64,000 nucleotides of DNA from Okeania sp. SIO2B3 (GCF_010672525.1 NZ_JAAHGH010000039.1:41-64040); one strand, 5' to 3'; positions 21,256 through 32,469 are shown, counted from the stretch's first letter. The notes: a model not told the origin generated them from the letters alone. Program-made: numbers and translations.

Positions 21256-21894
21256 ATGGTTCTTTATCTTGACTCAGCAATAGTAACAGAAGCAAGAGTT
21301 GCCAGTAAATTTGGTTGGATATCTGGGGTGACAACTAACCCAACTTTGCTGGCAAAAAGTGATTTGTCTCCAGAAGCAACATTAAAGGAACTTTCAGAAA
21401 TTGTTTCAGGAGAATTATATTATCAACTTACTGCTACTAACTTTGATGACATGATGGCGGAAGCGAAAGCTGCATCAAAATTAATTGGTCATAAAATAGT
21501 TCTGAAAATTCCGGCAACTGCCACTGGTTTTCAATTGGTATCCCATTTGTCTGAAGATATTGACTGTTCGGTAACCGGAATATATCATCCCGCTCAAGCA
21601 GTAGTAGCTGCAGAAGCAGGTGCTAAATATGCGATCGCCTACGTCAACCGGGCAACAAGATTATTGGGAGATGGTTTAAAGTTGGTGCGAGAGATGGCTG
21701 AGGTAGTTCAGGGTAGCGGTACAGAAATTTTAGCAGCAAGTGTGAAATCTCCTGATGAGGCTGTGGCCACCTTACTGGCAGGTGCTAATCATCTGACATT
21801 ACCATTTTCTGTGTTACAAGCAATGACGACCCAGGAATTATCAGAGCAAACTTTTAAAGAATTTAATGAAAAAGGAAGAGGAATTATGTATTAA
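21256..21894 (+). CDS. Transaldolase / fructose-6-phosphate aldolase family protein (short Tal/FSA type)
   Basis: 212 aa with GVTTNPTLL and the Schiff-base lysine context IVLKIPAT. Confidence 0.75.
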   Translation: MVLYLDSAIVTEARVASKFGWISGVTTNPTLLAKSDLSPEATLKELSEIVSGELYYQLTATNFDDMMAEAKAASKLIGHKIVLKIPATATGFQLVSHLSEDIDCSVTGIYHPAQAVVAAEAGAKYAIAYVNRATRLLGDGLKLVREMAEVVQGSGTEILAASVKSPDEAVATLLAGANHLTLPFSVLQAMTTQELSEQTFKEFNEKGRGIMY

Positions 21895-22319
21895 TTGACA
21901 TTGACACTCCACGGACTAAAGTCGTGTGGATTATTAAGGGTCATAAATTTGACGGACTTTCGTCACGTCAAATTTTACCCTTAATGGCATGGCCAAAGAT
22001 GTCTCTAATCTGTCCGGGGTAAACCCCCATAAGGTTGCTTTTTATTCCAATATTTGCAGCACCATTGACGCTGGTTTCCCACTTACCGAAATTTTACGAT
22101 GAGAAAATATCTGTAGGAGGAAGCTAATATGGAGGATAAATTATAGAAATTTCCAAACACAGGCAGAATAATTTTACCCTATTAGCCATTTAGTGTGAAT
22201 TATTCATGTTTTTACTTCTCGGCCACTACCCTGCTCCCCCACTCAAAAACTTTTCTAAATTTTTTTGAGAAATGGTATAATATCGTATTGGTATTATTTT
22301 TTAATTCTGAACTTGAATA

Positions 22320-22874
22320 TTATTCAAATAATAATTCTCTGGCTCCAGCATAACCAGATTCTACTATTTGACAAGCCATTTGTTCATAAACTCCGGACTC
22401 ATTTGGTGTAGTAGTTGCCAAACCATCTACATAGCGATTAAACATACAAAAAGCTGCTGCAATTAATACTGTGTCGTGAATTTCTCTATCTGTTGCACCT
22501 ATACTTTTTGCCTTTTGAATATCATCCTCAGAAACTTGTTTGCCACCAAGCTGTACTTTTGCTGCTATTTTCAATAGAGCTTTAAGTTTGTCGGTAATAT
22601 CTGCATTCTCAACGTTGTCGTAAACTGCATCAACTAAATTACTATTGCGTTTGAGAAGTTGTTTTGCAACCGTACCATGAACACCTGTACAAAAGTTACA
22701 TTCGTTCAAGTGGGATACATAAGCACCTATTAACTCCCGCTCCTCAACTGATAGGGGTGAGTTTCCTCTCAATAAGGTTTCGCTCAATTCCAACAGTAGT
22801 TTGCCTGTATCTGGTCGATATTTCATTAAACCTGCAATGCCTGGAAATCCTGATGGTATATCTATATGTGCCAT
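22320..22874 (-). CDS. Carboxymuconolactone decarboxylase / AhpD-like peroxidase-related protein
   Basis: 184 aa. A CxxC-type motif (LNECNFCTGVHG) lies in an all-helical protein, as in AhpD/CMD family members. Confidence 0.65.
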   Translation of the reverse strand: MAHIDIPSGFPGIAGLMKYRPDTGKLLLELSETLLRGNSPLSVEERELIGAYVSHLNECNFCTGVHGTVAKQLLKRNSNLVDAVYDNVENADITDKLKALLKIAAKVQLGGKQVSEDDIQKAKSIGATDREIHDTVLIAAAFCMFNRYVDGLATTTPNESGVYEQMACQIVESGYAGARELLFE

Positions 22875-22977
22875 CTGTCGCTCCTCTTCTGTTTTTGTTA
22901 ACTAAATGTTTAGTTAGTAACTAAGATAAAGCTTTTAAATGTTGCTTGTCAAGAGTTAACGAAGCAAATGCTAATAT

Positions 22978-23276
22978 TAATTAGGGTTTGCTGAAAAAGT
23001 CTTATGGGTGAGGGTAGGAGACAGGAGACAACCCACCCCTCGCCCCTCCCCCTCCCAACCCACCCCTAACCCCTCCCAGGAGGGGAGGGGAGAAATGGCT
23101 CGGGAGCGATGAGGTAGGAGCGGGCGTTTTGTAAGAATGATTTTTCTGCCCAAATCTTGCCAAAATACTAAATTTTTGAGTGTTTTAGACTGAAACAGGC
23201 GCACTGCAATTCGACCCTAAAAAGGCACTTACCTTTATCTGTAAATACTTTGATATTTAATCAGCAAGCCCTAATT
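22978..23276 (-). mobile_element. MITE family A copy 4 (inverted orientation)
   Basis: TAATTAGGGTTTGCTGAAAAAGTCTTATGGGTGAGGGTAGGAGACAGGAGACAACCC ... ATTTAATCAGCAAGCCCTAATT. Confidence 0.8.
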
Positions 23277-23613
23277 CGCTAAGGATTAAGGCCAAAATAT
23301 GGCCATATAAATTAGTGTAAAGCTTGGCCTTTTCAGAGCAAGGCATTAACGAAGTCAAAAGTCACAAGCGAGTGTGTAATTCTGAGGTCTCCTACGGGGC
23401 GCCTACTGTGCGGAAGTAATTCCGCACACAACCCCTCCAGAATGTAAGACACACTTCATTTCAGTCAGAAGTTAACCCACCCGCGGGGCCCTCCCAGGAG
23501 GGGAGGGGAAGTAGGGGATTAAAGCAACCCTCCAAAAACATTTTGCCTTAAAAGACGGGGTTGCGCGACCCAATTATTTTGATAAACTTTTTGGGAGTCT
23601 ATTTATAAAAGTT

Positions 23614-24285
23614 GTGAACCATCAAGGCAAAAAAAAACCATCGCCTAACAAGAAAGAAAGGTTGCGTGATCGAGAAGCAACAAAAGCAGAAATTTTAGAT
23701 GCAGCAGAAGAGGAATTTGCGAAATATGGTTTAGCAGGGGCAAAGATAGATGCGATCGCCGCTCGTACAGGAGTAACAAAAGCCATGATTTACTATTACT
23801 TCAAAAGTAAGGATGCTTTGTATCAGGAAGTTTTTCAACGCTTGGTCAGAGAACTTAATCAAATGATTCAGCAGTCGCACCTGGACCAGTTGCCAGCAGA
23901 AGTAGCTTTGAAAATGGTAATACGTTCAGCGATCGCCTACGAAGCATCTCATCCGTATAGAGGGAGACTATGGTTCCATGAAGCAATTCAAAATCAGGGT
24001 AAATACGGAAAATTAACTGGTTGGCAAGATAGCTTTGTATTTTTAATGGGTATTTTGGAGCGGGGAATAGCAGAAGGAAGTTTCCGGCAAGTTGACCCAT
24101 TTTTGACAACTATTAATATTCTGGGGATTTGTGTTTTTTATTTTGATGCTCAAGAAAATCTCAGTTATCTCAAACCTGATCGACAACTTTTGAGTCAGGA
24201 AATGATTGAAAAACAAACTCAAGAAGTCATCAATTTAGTTCTAGGTGGCGTGCTTTTATATTCAGAAAACTCTAGTAAAGTTTAA
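23614..24285 (+). CDS. TetR/AcrR family transcriptional regulator
   Basis: N-terminal HTH ILDAAEEEFAKYGLAGAKIDAIAARTGVTKAMIYYYFKSKDALY. GTG start in the track. Confidence 0.85.
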   Translation: MNHQGKKKPSPNKKERLRDREATKAEILDAAEEEFAKYGLAGAKIDAIAARTGVTKAMIYYYFKSKDALYQEVFQRLVRELNQMIQQSHLDQLPAEVALKMVIRSAIAYEASHPYRGRLWFHEAIQNQGKYGKLTGWQDSFVFLMGILERGIAEGSFRQVDPFLTTINILGICVFYFDAQENLSYLKPDRQLLSQEMIEKQTQEVINLVLGGVLLYSENSSKV

Positions 24286-24442
24286 AAGACAAAAAAAAGT
24301 TAAATTTTTCTATAGTAATTTAATTAGTTTATTTTGGACATCTATAATTAACTTTTAATAATTTGGAAGCTATTCGGGATAGAGGATCGTCATAATGGCT
24401 GTTTATATTGATGATCCCTAATCAATAAATCCCCAATATTTT

Positions 24443-25129
24443 ATGTTGAAAAATAGAATTTTTCGATTGGTATTAAGTATTATTTTGTTCATAATCATTT
24501 GCTTAATTATTGGTTATTTGACTCCGAGAAATTGGCGCGATAATTCTTGCAATATAAATTTATTAGACCAAGGTATATCTATCTATATTTATAATACTGG
24601 TATCCATACAGATATTCTAGTTCCAGTCAGAACTAAAACTTGGGATTGGCAGCAATATTTCAACTTAAAATTAATAGCTAATCCATCAGTTTCCATAAAT
24701 TATCTAGCTTTTGGCCTTGGCGATCGAGCTTATTTTCTCGAAACTTATACTGGGACATCATTGCCAATTGTGACAATTTTTAAGGCCATGTTCCTACCAA
24801 CACCCTCTGCCATGAGGGTATTAGCATATAAAAATATTCCTCAACAATATGAAATTAAGTGTGCTATAATTAATCAATCTAATTACCGTAGGCTGATGAA
24901 ATTCATCAATAATTCCTTCCAGTTAGATGCCCAAGGTAATAAAATAAACCTGCTCGTAGACAATAATTATGGAGGTGGTTTTTATGCAGCAAAAGGTAGT
25001 TATTCAATTTTAAGAGCTTGTAATGATTGGACTGCAGAAGGTATGAAATTAGCAGGAATAAAAACTCCTCTATGGTCAGGACTTTCTAGTTCTATTATGT
25101 ATCATATTAACAGTGGGTGCAACTGTTAA
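24443..25129 (+). CDS. DUF2459 / TIGR02117-like membrane-anchored protein
   Basis: 228 aa with an N-terminal TM helix, GIHTDILVPV and a C-terminal ACNDWTAEGMKLAGI motif. Confidence 0.6.
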   Translation: MLKNRIFRLVLSIILFIIICLIIGYLTPRNWRDNSCNINLLDQGISIYIYNTGIHTDILVPVRTKTWDWQQYFNLKLIANPSVSINYLAFGLGDRAYFLETYTGTSLPIVTIFKAMFLPTPSAMRVLAYKNIPQQYEIKCAIINQSNYRRLMKFINNSFQLDAQGNKINLLVDNNYGGGFYAAKGSYSILRACNDWTAEGMKLAGIKTPLWSGLSSSIMYHINSGCNC

Positions 25130-25164
25130 AAAAATAGTAGTTTTGAATACAAAAAATATTTTCT

Positions 25165-25938
25165 ATGAAGATTATTCCCGCAATCGATATATTAGATGGA
25201 CGTTGTGTACGGTTATATCAAGGAGATTATCAGCGAACGCAAGTGTTTAATGATAACCCAGTTGATGTAGCAAAAAGGTGGGTAGATGAAGGAGCAACAA
25301 AGCTACATTTGGTAGACTTAGACGGTGCAAAAGCAGGTCAACCTGTAAATCAAAGGACAATAGAAGCGATTATCAAAGCAGTAGATGTACCAATACAGTT
25401 AGGTGGAGGTTTACGCAACTATTCTACAGTGGCAAGTGTGCTTGCTCTTGGTGTCAAACAGGCTATTTTAGGTACTGTAGCGGTCGAACGACCTCAGTTA
25501 ATATGTAATCTCTGTCAAGAATTTCCTGGTCAAATTATTGTAGGCATTGATGCCAAAGATGGTAAAGTCGCGACTAAAGGGTGGTTAGAAACATCTGAGG
25601 TCTCAGCAACTGACCTCGCTCGGCAAATGGCTAAACTAAAAGTTGCGGCGATCGTCTATACTGATATTCGCCGAGATGGTACTCTCAAAGGGCCTAATAT
25701 ACAATCCTTAAGGGAATTAGCTGCTGTCATCAATATTCCCATTATCGCTTCTGGCGGTATTAGTTCAATTACTGATTTGTTAAGTCTGTTAGCATTAGAA
25801 CCCATGGGGGTAGAAGGTGCAATTGTTGGTCGTGCTTTGTACACTGGTGATATTAGTCTTACAGAAGCAAATCAAGCTGTAGGTCAAGGACGTTGGCAAG
25901 ATATTCCTCCACATTTAGGATATTCTGCTTTTGCCTAA
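25165..25938 (+). CDS. hisA: 1-(5-phosphoribosyl)-5-[(5-phosphoribosylamino)methylideneamino]imidazole-4-carboxamide isomerase
   Basis: [38 protein letters not shown] and IASGGISS. Confidence 0.92.
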   Translation: MKIIPAIDILDGRCVRLYQGDYQRTQVFNDNPVDVAKRWVDEGATKLHLVDLDGAKAGQPVNQRTIEAIIKAVDVPIQLGGGLRNYSTVASVLALGVKQAILGTVAVERPQLICNLCQEFPGQIIVGIDAKDGKVATKGWLETSEVSATDLARQMAKLKVAAIVYTDIRRDGTLKGPNIQSLRELAAVINIPIIASGGISSITDLLSLLALEPMGVEGAIVGRALYTGDISLTEANQAVGQGRWQDIPPHLGYSAFA

Positions 25939-26330
25939 CATCAGATCCGTTTAATTGCATATAGATCCAATTTAGACTGATATAGAATAGGAAATATAGC
26001 AGGGAATAGCGGTGCGACCCCGCGTTGGTGGTATACGTACCTGGTAGTGCACTCGGTGTGAGGCAAAAGTGGGAAAACATTTTCCCTGATTAGGTTCATC
26101 ATCAGTATTTGAGTCAAACACCAACTCGTTCCTTGCTATTGTTTCTGTGTTGATCATTCTCATTCTTGATTCCCTCAAAGTCTAGGATATTTCACAATTC
26201 AAATCATAAATTAGTTAGAAAAAATGATTTAATTGCAGTTGAATGCTTAAATATTAAACGGCATCATAATATAACACCAATGCTACTGGATTTGATATCA
26301 TTAGGTTATTTTTCTAATACCTACAACCTA

Positions 26331-26957
26331 TCACCTACCACCTTCTGACAATTCTTTAGTAAAAATAGTTAGTAATACTGCTCCTAACAAATAGTGATTT
26401 GCTTGTAAATTTAATCCAACTTCTTTACCTAATTGTTCGCGAGCTGTTGGACTATAAAGCTTAATTCCACCAGGAGTAATACTCAAAGACTGAAATTCAT
26501 CTTGCCACTTAAAATAGGAATCAACTAAATAGAAAAATCCTCCTGGGCGTAAAACTCGACTCACTTCATTAAATACTTGCTGAGGATGAGGATAATGTAA
26601 AAAACTAATTGTATTAAAAACGGCATCAAATTGTTCATTAGCAAAAGGCATTTCTTCAGCATTTCCTAGTAAAAATGTTACACTTTCTGGATGACGATTA
26701 CGACTATTAGCTTGATCGACCATTTCGGGAGATAAATCTAAACCAGTACCTTGAAGATTGGGAAATTTAACAGCAAGACGATGCAGAAGTTTTCCAGTAC
26801 CACAACCTAAATCTAGTACATTTGCTGGACTTGGCAAATTTACATATTCCAGTAATCTTTGATGTACCGCTTGATAAACTACAGATGGAAATAACCAATC
26901 ATAATTAGGTGCCCAAAGATCGAAAAATTTTTGTTTAGAGGAAGTATTATTTGTCAT
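26331..26957 (-). CDS. Class I SAM-dependent methyltransferase
   Basis: Motif I VLDLGCGTGKL, plus post-motif RVLRPGGFFYLVD. Confidence 0.8.
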   Translation of the reverse strand: MTNNTSSKQKFFDLWAPNYDWLFPSVVYQAVHQRLLEYVNLPSPANVLDLGCGTGKLLHRLAVKFPNLQGTGLDLSPEMVDQANSRNRHPESVTFLLGNAEEMPFANEQFDAVFNTISFLHYPHPQQVFNEVSRVLRPGGFFYLVDSYFKWQDEFQSLSITPGGIKLYSPTAREQLGKEVGLNLQANHYLLGAVLLTIFTKELSEGGR

Positions 26958-26993
26958 ATAGCAATGATGTTTGAGTTTATAGGAAAATAAATA

Positions 26994-27626
26994 TTATTTC
27001 GTTCCATACAAGCGATCGCCTGCATCTCCTAATCCTGGAATAATATAACCATGTTCGTCTAATTTTTCATCAATAGCAGCAGTATATAAAGATACCTCTG
27101 GGTGATTTTCATGGAAATGTTGAATTCCCTCTGGTGCTGCCAATAAACACAGAAATCGAATTGATTCTGGGTTAAATTCTTTAATCCGATCGACTGCTGC
27201 TACTGCTGAATTTCCAGTTGCCAACATTGGGTCAACTATTAACACATCTCGCTGGTCAATATCATGGGGGACTTTGAAATAATATTCTACAGCAACTAAA
27301 GTGCTAGGGTCACGATACAAACCAATATGTCCTACTCTTGCTGTAGGTATTAGCTCTAAAATTCCATCAAGAAGTCCTTGACCTGCTCGCATAATGGAAA
27401 CAATCACCATTTTTTTTTCAGCAGCTAACATTGGTGCTTCCATTAATGTCATTGGTGTCTGAATTTGTTGATATTTTATGGGTAAATCGCGAGTTACTTC
27501 ATAAGCTAATAACATTCCTATTTCTTTGAGCAGTTGGCGAAATTGAGCAGTGGTAGTCTCGACTTGACGTAATAATGTCAATTTATGCTGAACTAATGGA
27601 TGATTAATGATAGTAGTTTTTGTCAT
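26994..27626 (-). CDS. upp: Uracil phosphoribosyltransferase
   Basis: 210 aa with PRPP loop [13 protein letters not shown] and C-terminal [16 protein letters not shown]. Confidence 0.92.
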   Translation of the reverse strand: MTKTTIINHPLVQHKLTLLRQVETTTAQFRQLLKEIGMLLAYEVTRDLPIKYQQIQTPMTLMEAPMLAAEKKMVIVSIMRAGQGLLDGILELIPTARVGHIGLYRDPSTLVAVEYYFKVPHDIDQRDVLIVDPMLATGNSAVAAVDRIKEFNPESIRFLCLLAAPEGIQHFHENHPEVSLYTAAIDEKLDEHGYIIPGLGDAGDRLYGTK

Positions 27627-27909
27627 TTTATGACCTAGTTGAATTCATCAGGAAGAACTAAGAAGGAAGAAGGAAAAATCTGGCGTTGTCTAATTTTTAA
27701 GCTTTTTATGTGTTCTAACCTTTGTTTCAACTGCTATAATTACTGATTAATTAAGTGGGCATAAATCAACATTCACCTCCACTCCATAGTGGATAATTTT
27801 TATATTTTTACCGAATAATTAAGGTAAAATGCCTCTCCTTTAAAGGAGAAACAAGGTTTATAAATCAGCTCTAAAATAGAGACCTTTAGAGACTGTTTGT
27901 TAGCTAAAG

Positions 27910-28186
27910 ATTATAGGGCTTGCTGATTAAATATAAAAGCATTGACAGATAAGGGTTTTAGCCTTTTTCGGTCGAAAAAAGTGCCTGGTTTTCAGTTGAT
28001 TTGGCTCAAAAAGTTAGCATAAAAGGCAGGGGGATAGCAAAAAAAATCACTCTGACAAATATATCCGACTATCTCCTTTATAATTCCTCGTTTCTCCTAA
28101 TTACTCTGTACTCCCCTTTTCCCCTCCTGGGAGGGGTTAGGGGAGAGTTTCCTACTCCTTAAAAAGACTTTTTCAGCAAACCCTAA
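27910..28186 (+). mobile_element. MITE family A copy 5
   Basis: ATTATAGGGCTTGCTGATTAAAT ... AAAAAGACTTTTTCAGCAAACCCTAA, with an internal CCCCTCCTGGGAGGGGTTAGGGG core. Confidence 0.8.
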
Positions 28187-28294
28187 GTAGGGTGTGTGAG
28201 GGCACCCTTACCATTTCTAGAATAATGCTCGCTTTTACACCTCACCCACCGCGTGCTGTGGTATAGTCCCTTACGTGAAATTAACGCACCCTAC
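28187..28294. repeat. Short inverted-repeat element (GTAGGGTGTGT...ACGCACCCTAC)
   Basis: The ends are reverse complements (GTAGGGTGTGT / GTAGGGTGCGT). It lies directly against MITE-A copy 5. Confidence 0.45.
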
Positions 28295-28431
28295 TGGACC
28301 GACACAGCTAAAATGGTGCATTAGAGGAGTAGGGGAGTAGGGGAGTAGGGGAGAAAGATTTTTGTTGAGTTTATCCTACGGATAAGCTGCGAAGATCAGT
28401 CCCTCAACCCAACCTACAGTTATTGCAACAT

Positions 28432-28748
28432 TTAAGCCCACATTCGGAACTTCAATTTGTAACATCAAAAGTAGTATGCAAATCCGTAGCTTGGTAAGTA
28501 TTTATACTATGCAAATCATCTCAATTACTTTTTTCGTTGATCAAATTCCGAGTCAAAAATTTACGCATAAATACTTGCAGTATTGATGACTCAATCACGG
28601 CAGCTATGATTTTCTTCTAAAATTCTGTCTCCTGTCTCCCCCTCCCCTCCTGGGAGGGGTTAGGGGTGGGTTGGGAGGGGTTAGGGGTGGGTTGTCTCCT
28701 GACTCCTGATTCTATACTACATTTTGTGGTGCGGAATGTGGGTTTAAG
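28432..28748 (+). mobile_element. MITE family C copy A (TIR TTAAGCCCACATTCGGAAC / GCGGAATGTGGGTTTAA) with a nested tandem GGGAGGGGTTAGGGGTGGGTT insertion
   Basis: TIRs read directly. The interior aligns with the reverse complement of 37491-37734 (for example GTAACATCAAAAGTAGTATGCAAATCCGTAGCTTGG against GTAACATGAAAGTTAGTATAAAATCCGTAGCTTGC). Confidence 0.7.
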
Positions 28749-29086
28749 GTGAAATAGTCCACTACTAGACCTACTAGACCGACACAACTAAAATGGTAGA
28801 TTATATCATTGGGGGCGGGTTTATCTAATTTGTTAAGACTCATTAATTTAACGTGGAACCCGTCCCTACTATTGCAACATTTTAGGTGTGTCACGCCACT
28901 ACGTGATTTAATATTCATTTTACAAACACTCTCTTAGCTGAAACGTCTCTAGAGCAAATTTAGATAGAATTTACAATAGTAGGGAGGTACATTTTTTTAA
29001 CTTTATTAAATTCTCTAAAAATCAAAATAAAGTATGTACTTTACCACATTAAAAAATCGTCTAAATTAGCAAATTTATTAACTAAA

Positions 29087-29461
29087 TTAGTTATATACTA
29101 ATGCTTCCTTTGCTCTAGTAATTTCAATAGTAACTTTGCCACTAAAATCCGGTATTGGAGCTGCTAACTTAGTTAAACTAACCTTAACATTTTGTACTAA
29201 TGGTTCTTTCAAAATAGCCGTAGCGATCGCATCAGCTACTTTTTCTAACAAAGCAAACTTAGAATTTTTCACAAGCTGTTGGACAGTATTAACTATGCTG
29301 CCGTAATCTACAGTATCTTCTAAAGCATCGCTTTGACTAGCAGCATTCAAATCTAACCCTAGAATTAAATCTACTTCAAACCATTGTCCCAATACTTTTT
29401 CTTCTGGAAAAAACCCGATGTACCCGTAGCAGCGAATTCCAGTAATTGAGATTGAGTCCAT
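29087..29461 (-). CDS. folB: Dihydroneopterin aldolase
   Basis: 124 aa reading SITGIRCYGYIGFFPEEKVLGQWFEVDLIL...DYG. It begins 9 nt after the DUF1688 stop. Confidence 0.85.
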   Translation of the reverse strand: MDSISITGIRCYGYIGFFPEEKVLGQWFEVDLILGLDLNAASQSDALEDTVDYGSIVNTVQQLVKNSKFALLEKVADAIATAILKEPLVQNVKVSLTKLAAPIPDFSGKVTIEITRAKEALVYN

Positions 29462-29470
29462 AATTACTAA

Positions 29471-30859
29471 TTAAAAAACTGTTCCATCACTTTTTATTTT
29501 AATCGGAGGCGCACCATCTTTTCTTAATTCTTTTGCTATTTTTCGCCCTGCGGTCCATGTGCCACCTTGTAAGACTTTTACCAGTGGTAATTCTGAGGCA
29601 TTTAAGTTAAGTTTTTCTTGAATTACTTGAGCAACTTTGTCTAAAAGACTAATAGTTAGTGCTCTCCATTCTACAATAATTTCTGAGCCTGGTAAATGTT
29701 GTTGTTGTACAATCAAAGGATTTTTGATTTTTATTAGTTCCATGTCTATAAATAAGCCACCATTCCGATATTCTGCTAATCCAGTTAAATCATCTAATCC
29801 AATTATGTTTAAACCCAATTCTTGTAATGGTTCTAGCAATGAATATGTTAACCATTGAGATAATTTATGAAAAGGTATATATTCATCCCCCAAGCGATCG
29901 CTTTTGAGTAGAGAATGAGGCCAAACATCCCCTAAATTAATCCCTGAAATAGTACTGCGCCCTGGCCAAATATCACCTAATCCCTCCAATACAGTATTTA
30001 ATACTAAAGTAGCTTTAATTACTTCTTTATCTTTTCTGTTCTGTGGCGGGTTTAATACCCCACCATCTACACGGTGCTGAAAATTGTTTGGGGTTTGAGT
30101 CCATAAGCAATCTTTCCTTCTGCTTCCCCCCCTTTCAAAGGGGGGTAGGGGGGATACCTTCTTCCTTCTGCCTTCTTCAATGGCCTGATTTTGCCACAAA
30201 TAATCAACCATATTTCCTGGACGTGGACTATCAATGCCAAATAACTGAGAATTTTGATTTAACACTTGTCCCAAGCGTTGCAGCAATTCCAGACGACCTT
30301 CAAGACCCACCAAGGGATTTTCTGGACTAACTTGGAATCCTTGAGTTAAAGTCTGGACATCAATTTGGGAAAGTCCTCTAGTATCTGCTTGCCAGGGAAA
30401 ATCGGGATTACTAGAAAAAAAACCTTGGCAAAATAGTCGGAAACTACAAACTGCTAGACCTTCCGAACGACTAAATATTAAGCCAGTTTCAGGTTCAGTG
30501 TATTGCCAGTTTGCCCCGGCACCTGCATCTAGTAGTACACTAATAATGGCTAAATCAAATTTTACTTTGGCCTTTTCTACAGGCGTGAGTCCAGCCAACA
30601 TTTGGTCAAGTTCAGCTAGGCGAGGTATATCTCCTACTTGGAAATGTTGCCAACGACTATGGAAGGGTATGTTTAATGTGGGATAGCGATCGTAAATAAT
30701 ATTAATGACATAATTAGCACATTTATCTAGTTGAGTTAAATCGATTCGAAAATTATTGAGTTGGTCTTGACAAGCAAGATTAAATATGCGATTGCACCTT
30801 TCTCGAATGGCCTCGGGAGTTCTTAGATATGTAATAATTTCTGGGATTTTTTTATTCAT
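29471..30859 (-). CDS. DUF1688 (URC4-like) family protein carrying an in-frame repeat-derived insertion
   Basis: 462 aa, with length and conserved blocks typical of DUF1688. The segment EEGRRKKVSPLPPFERGGSRRKDC is encoded by heptamer repeats plus a CCCCCTTTCAAAGGGGGG palindrome at ~30113-30178. Confidence 0.65.
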   Translation of the reverse strand: MNKKIPEIITYLRTPEAIRERCNRIFNLACQDQLNNFRIDLTQLDKCANYVINIIYDRYPTLNIPFHSRWQHFQVGDIPRLAELDQMLAGLTPVEKAKVKFDLAIISVLLDAGAGANWQYTEPETGLIFSRSEGLAVCSFRLFCQGFFSSNPDFPWQADTRGLSQIDVQTLTQGFQVSPENPLVGLEGRLELLQRLGQVLNQNSQLFGIDSPRPGNMVDYLWQNQAIEEGRRKKVSPLPPFERGGSRRKDCLWTQTPNNFQHRVDGGVLNPPQNRKDKEVIKATLVLNTVLEGLGDIWPGRSTISGINLGDVWPHSLLKSDRLGDEYIPFHKLSQWLTYSLLEPLQELGLNIIGLDDLTGLAEYRNGGLFIDMELIKIKNPLIVQQQHLPGSEIIVEWRALTISLLDKVAQVIQEKLNLNASELPLVKVLQGGTWTAGRKIAKELRKDGAPPIKIKSDGTVF

Positions 30860-31023
30860 TAAAAGTCAGAGTTAAGGAATATAATATAAATAGTAAGCTA
30901 GAAAAAAACTATCACAAGCATGATGCTATTAAGCACAATTTAGTTGATGAGAAACTTGGATAGTTTCTTGTTAGTTTTTCTAAATTTAATTCAGCCAAAA
31001 ATCAGGTCAAAAATTCCCCAGTA

Positions 31024-31539
31024 ATGTCTAATCAAACTCACTTCAGTCAATCAGAAAAACAAGAGAATAATGTAGCTGTGGCTCTTGGTAGTAATCTCGG
31101 TGATTCTTTAACTATTCTCGAAAATGCAATCCAAACTTTATCAAAAACTCCAGGTATTACCTTAAAGACTTATTCTAGCTGGTATCGGACTAAACCTATT
31201 GGTCCAGAACAACCAGATTATCTCAATGGTTGTGCATTATTAAAAGTAGAATTAACACCCCATAAACTATTAGAAATTCTCTTAGATGTTGAACAACAAT
31301 TTAAGCGAGTACGTTTAGAACATTGGGGACCTAGAACTCTAGACCTAGACTTAATCTTATATGATGATTTAATATTAGATACTCCAAACCTGCAAATACC
31401 CCATCCTCGGATGAGAGAAAGAGCTTTTGTGCTTGTACCCCTAGCAGAAATAGCTCCTGACTGGATAGACCCAGTATCAGGAAAGGCGATCGCTCAACTT
31501 CTAGAAGAGGTAGAATGTGATGGAGTATCTAAACTTTAA
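31024..31539 (+). CDS. folK: 2-amino-4-hydroxy-6-hydroxymethyldihydropteridine diphosphokinase (HPPK)
   Basis: VAVALGSNLGDS, WGPRTLDLDLILYDD and IPHPRMRERAFVLVPLAEI. Confidence 0.88.
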   Translation: MSNQTHFSQSEKQENNVAVALGSNLGDSLTILENAIQTLSKTPGITLKTYSSWYRTKPIGPEQPDYLNGCALLKVELTPHKLLEILLDVEQQFKRVRLEHWGPRTLDLDLILYDDLILDTPNLQIPHPRMRERAFVLVPLAEIAPDWIDPVSGKAIAQLLEEVECDGVSKL

Positions 31540-31568
31540 ACTGGCAAGTTAAAATAGCGATTCTACTA

Positions 31569-32291
31569 ATGATTAAAAAAGCACTTGTTACAGGTTCAGC
31601 AGTGGGAATAGGCAGAGTGATCGCTCTAGACTTAGCTAGCAAAGGATTTGATGTAGCATTTCACTATAATAAAAGTGTAGAAGCAGCCAATCAAGCAAGT
31701 CAAGAAGCAACAAGCTACGGAGTCAAATCTATTGCTCTACAAGCAGATGTGACTAAACCAGAGCAAGCTCAGTCTCTTGTGGAAAATGCAGCAGAAAAAC
31801 TAGGAGGGTTATCTGTTGTAGTTAATAATGTGGGCAACTATTTGGAAAAACGAATCAGTCAAACATCTATAGAAGAATGGCATCAAATGCTTGATTCTAA
31901 CCTAAATTCCACTTTCTATGTTACTCAAGCAGCAATTCCTTACTTGAAAACAGCAGGGTGGGGACGTATCATTAACTTTGCCTTCGCTAGTGCCCAAAAT
32001 GTGATAGCAAGTAATATACAAACAGCCTATAGAGTTGCTAAGACTGGTATTATAATCTACACTAAGTCACTAGCTAAAGAGTTAATTAAGGACAAAATTA
32101 CTGCCAATGTCATTGCTCCAGGAGTCGCAGAAAATTCTGTTGGTTTAGACGAAAAAACTATCTCTCTCCTACCAAATAAACGACCCGCAACTTTAAAAGA
32201 AATCAGCAATGCAGTTGTTTTTTTTATCACTCCTGAAGCAGATTACATTACAGGACAAGTTTTGGAAGTAGCAGGGGGTATGAGATTGTAG
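31569..32291 (+). CDS. SDR family oxidoreductase (FabG / pteridine-reductase-like)
   Basis: 240 aa with TGSAVGIGR (TGxxxGIG), NNVG and YRVAKTG (YxxxK). Confidence 0.8.
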   Translation: MIKKALVTGSAVGIGRVIALDLASKGFDVAFHYNKSVEAANQASQEATSYGVKSIALQADVTKPEQAQSLVENAAEKLGGLSVVVNNVGNYLEKRISQTSIEEWHQMLDSNLNSTFYVTQAAIPYLKTAGWGRIINFAFASAQNVIASNIQTAYRVAKTGIIIYTKSLAKELIKDKITANVIAPGVAENSVGLDEKTISLLPNKRPATLKEISNAVVFFITPEADYITGQVLEVAGGMRL

Positions 32292-32469
32292 CTGTACATA
32301 GATTCCCTAGATTATGATTGCATAGATGTTTTGAAAGTAAGGCTGTAAACCCCTCCTCAACCCCCCCTACAAAAAGAGTTGTTCATAACAGCTATTCCTG
32401 GGCAATGGGAGTTAGTAGGGAATTTTGGCCAGACTGAAAATTACTATTTTTGATTACAGGAGTTGAACA

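Noticed and set aside
25859-26348. Small ORFs in the hisA-methyltransferase intergenic region (25859-26080, 25972-26178, 26166-26348)
   Set aside because: They overlap one another on both strands and contain repeat fragments (AAAGTGGGAAAACATTTTCCCTGATTAGGTTC, and a family-B solo end at ~26282). They have no motifs.
28712-28918. 68-aa minus-strand ORF
   Set aside because: It begins inside MITE-C copy A and runs through repeat fragments shared with 28293-28325. It has no coding signal.
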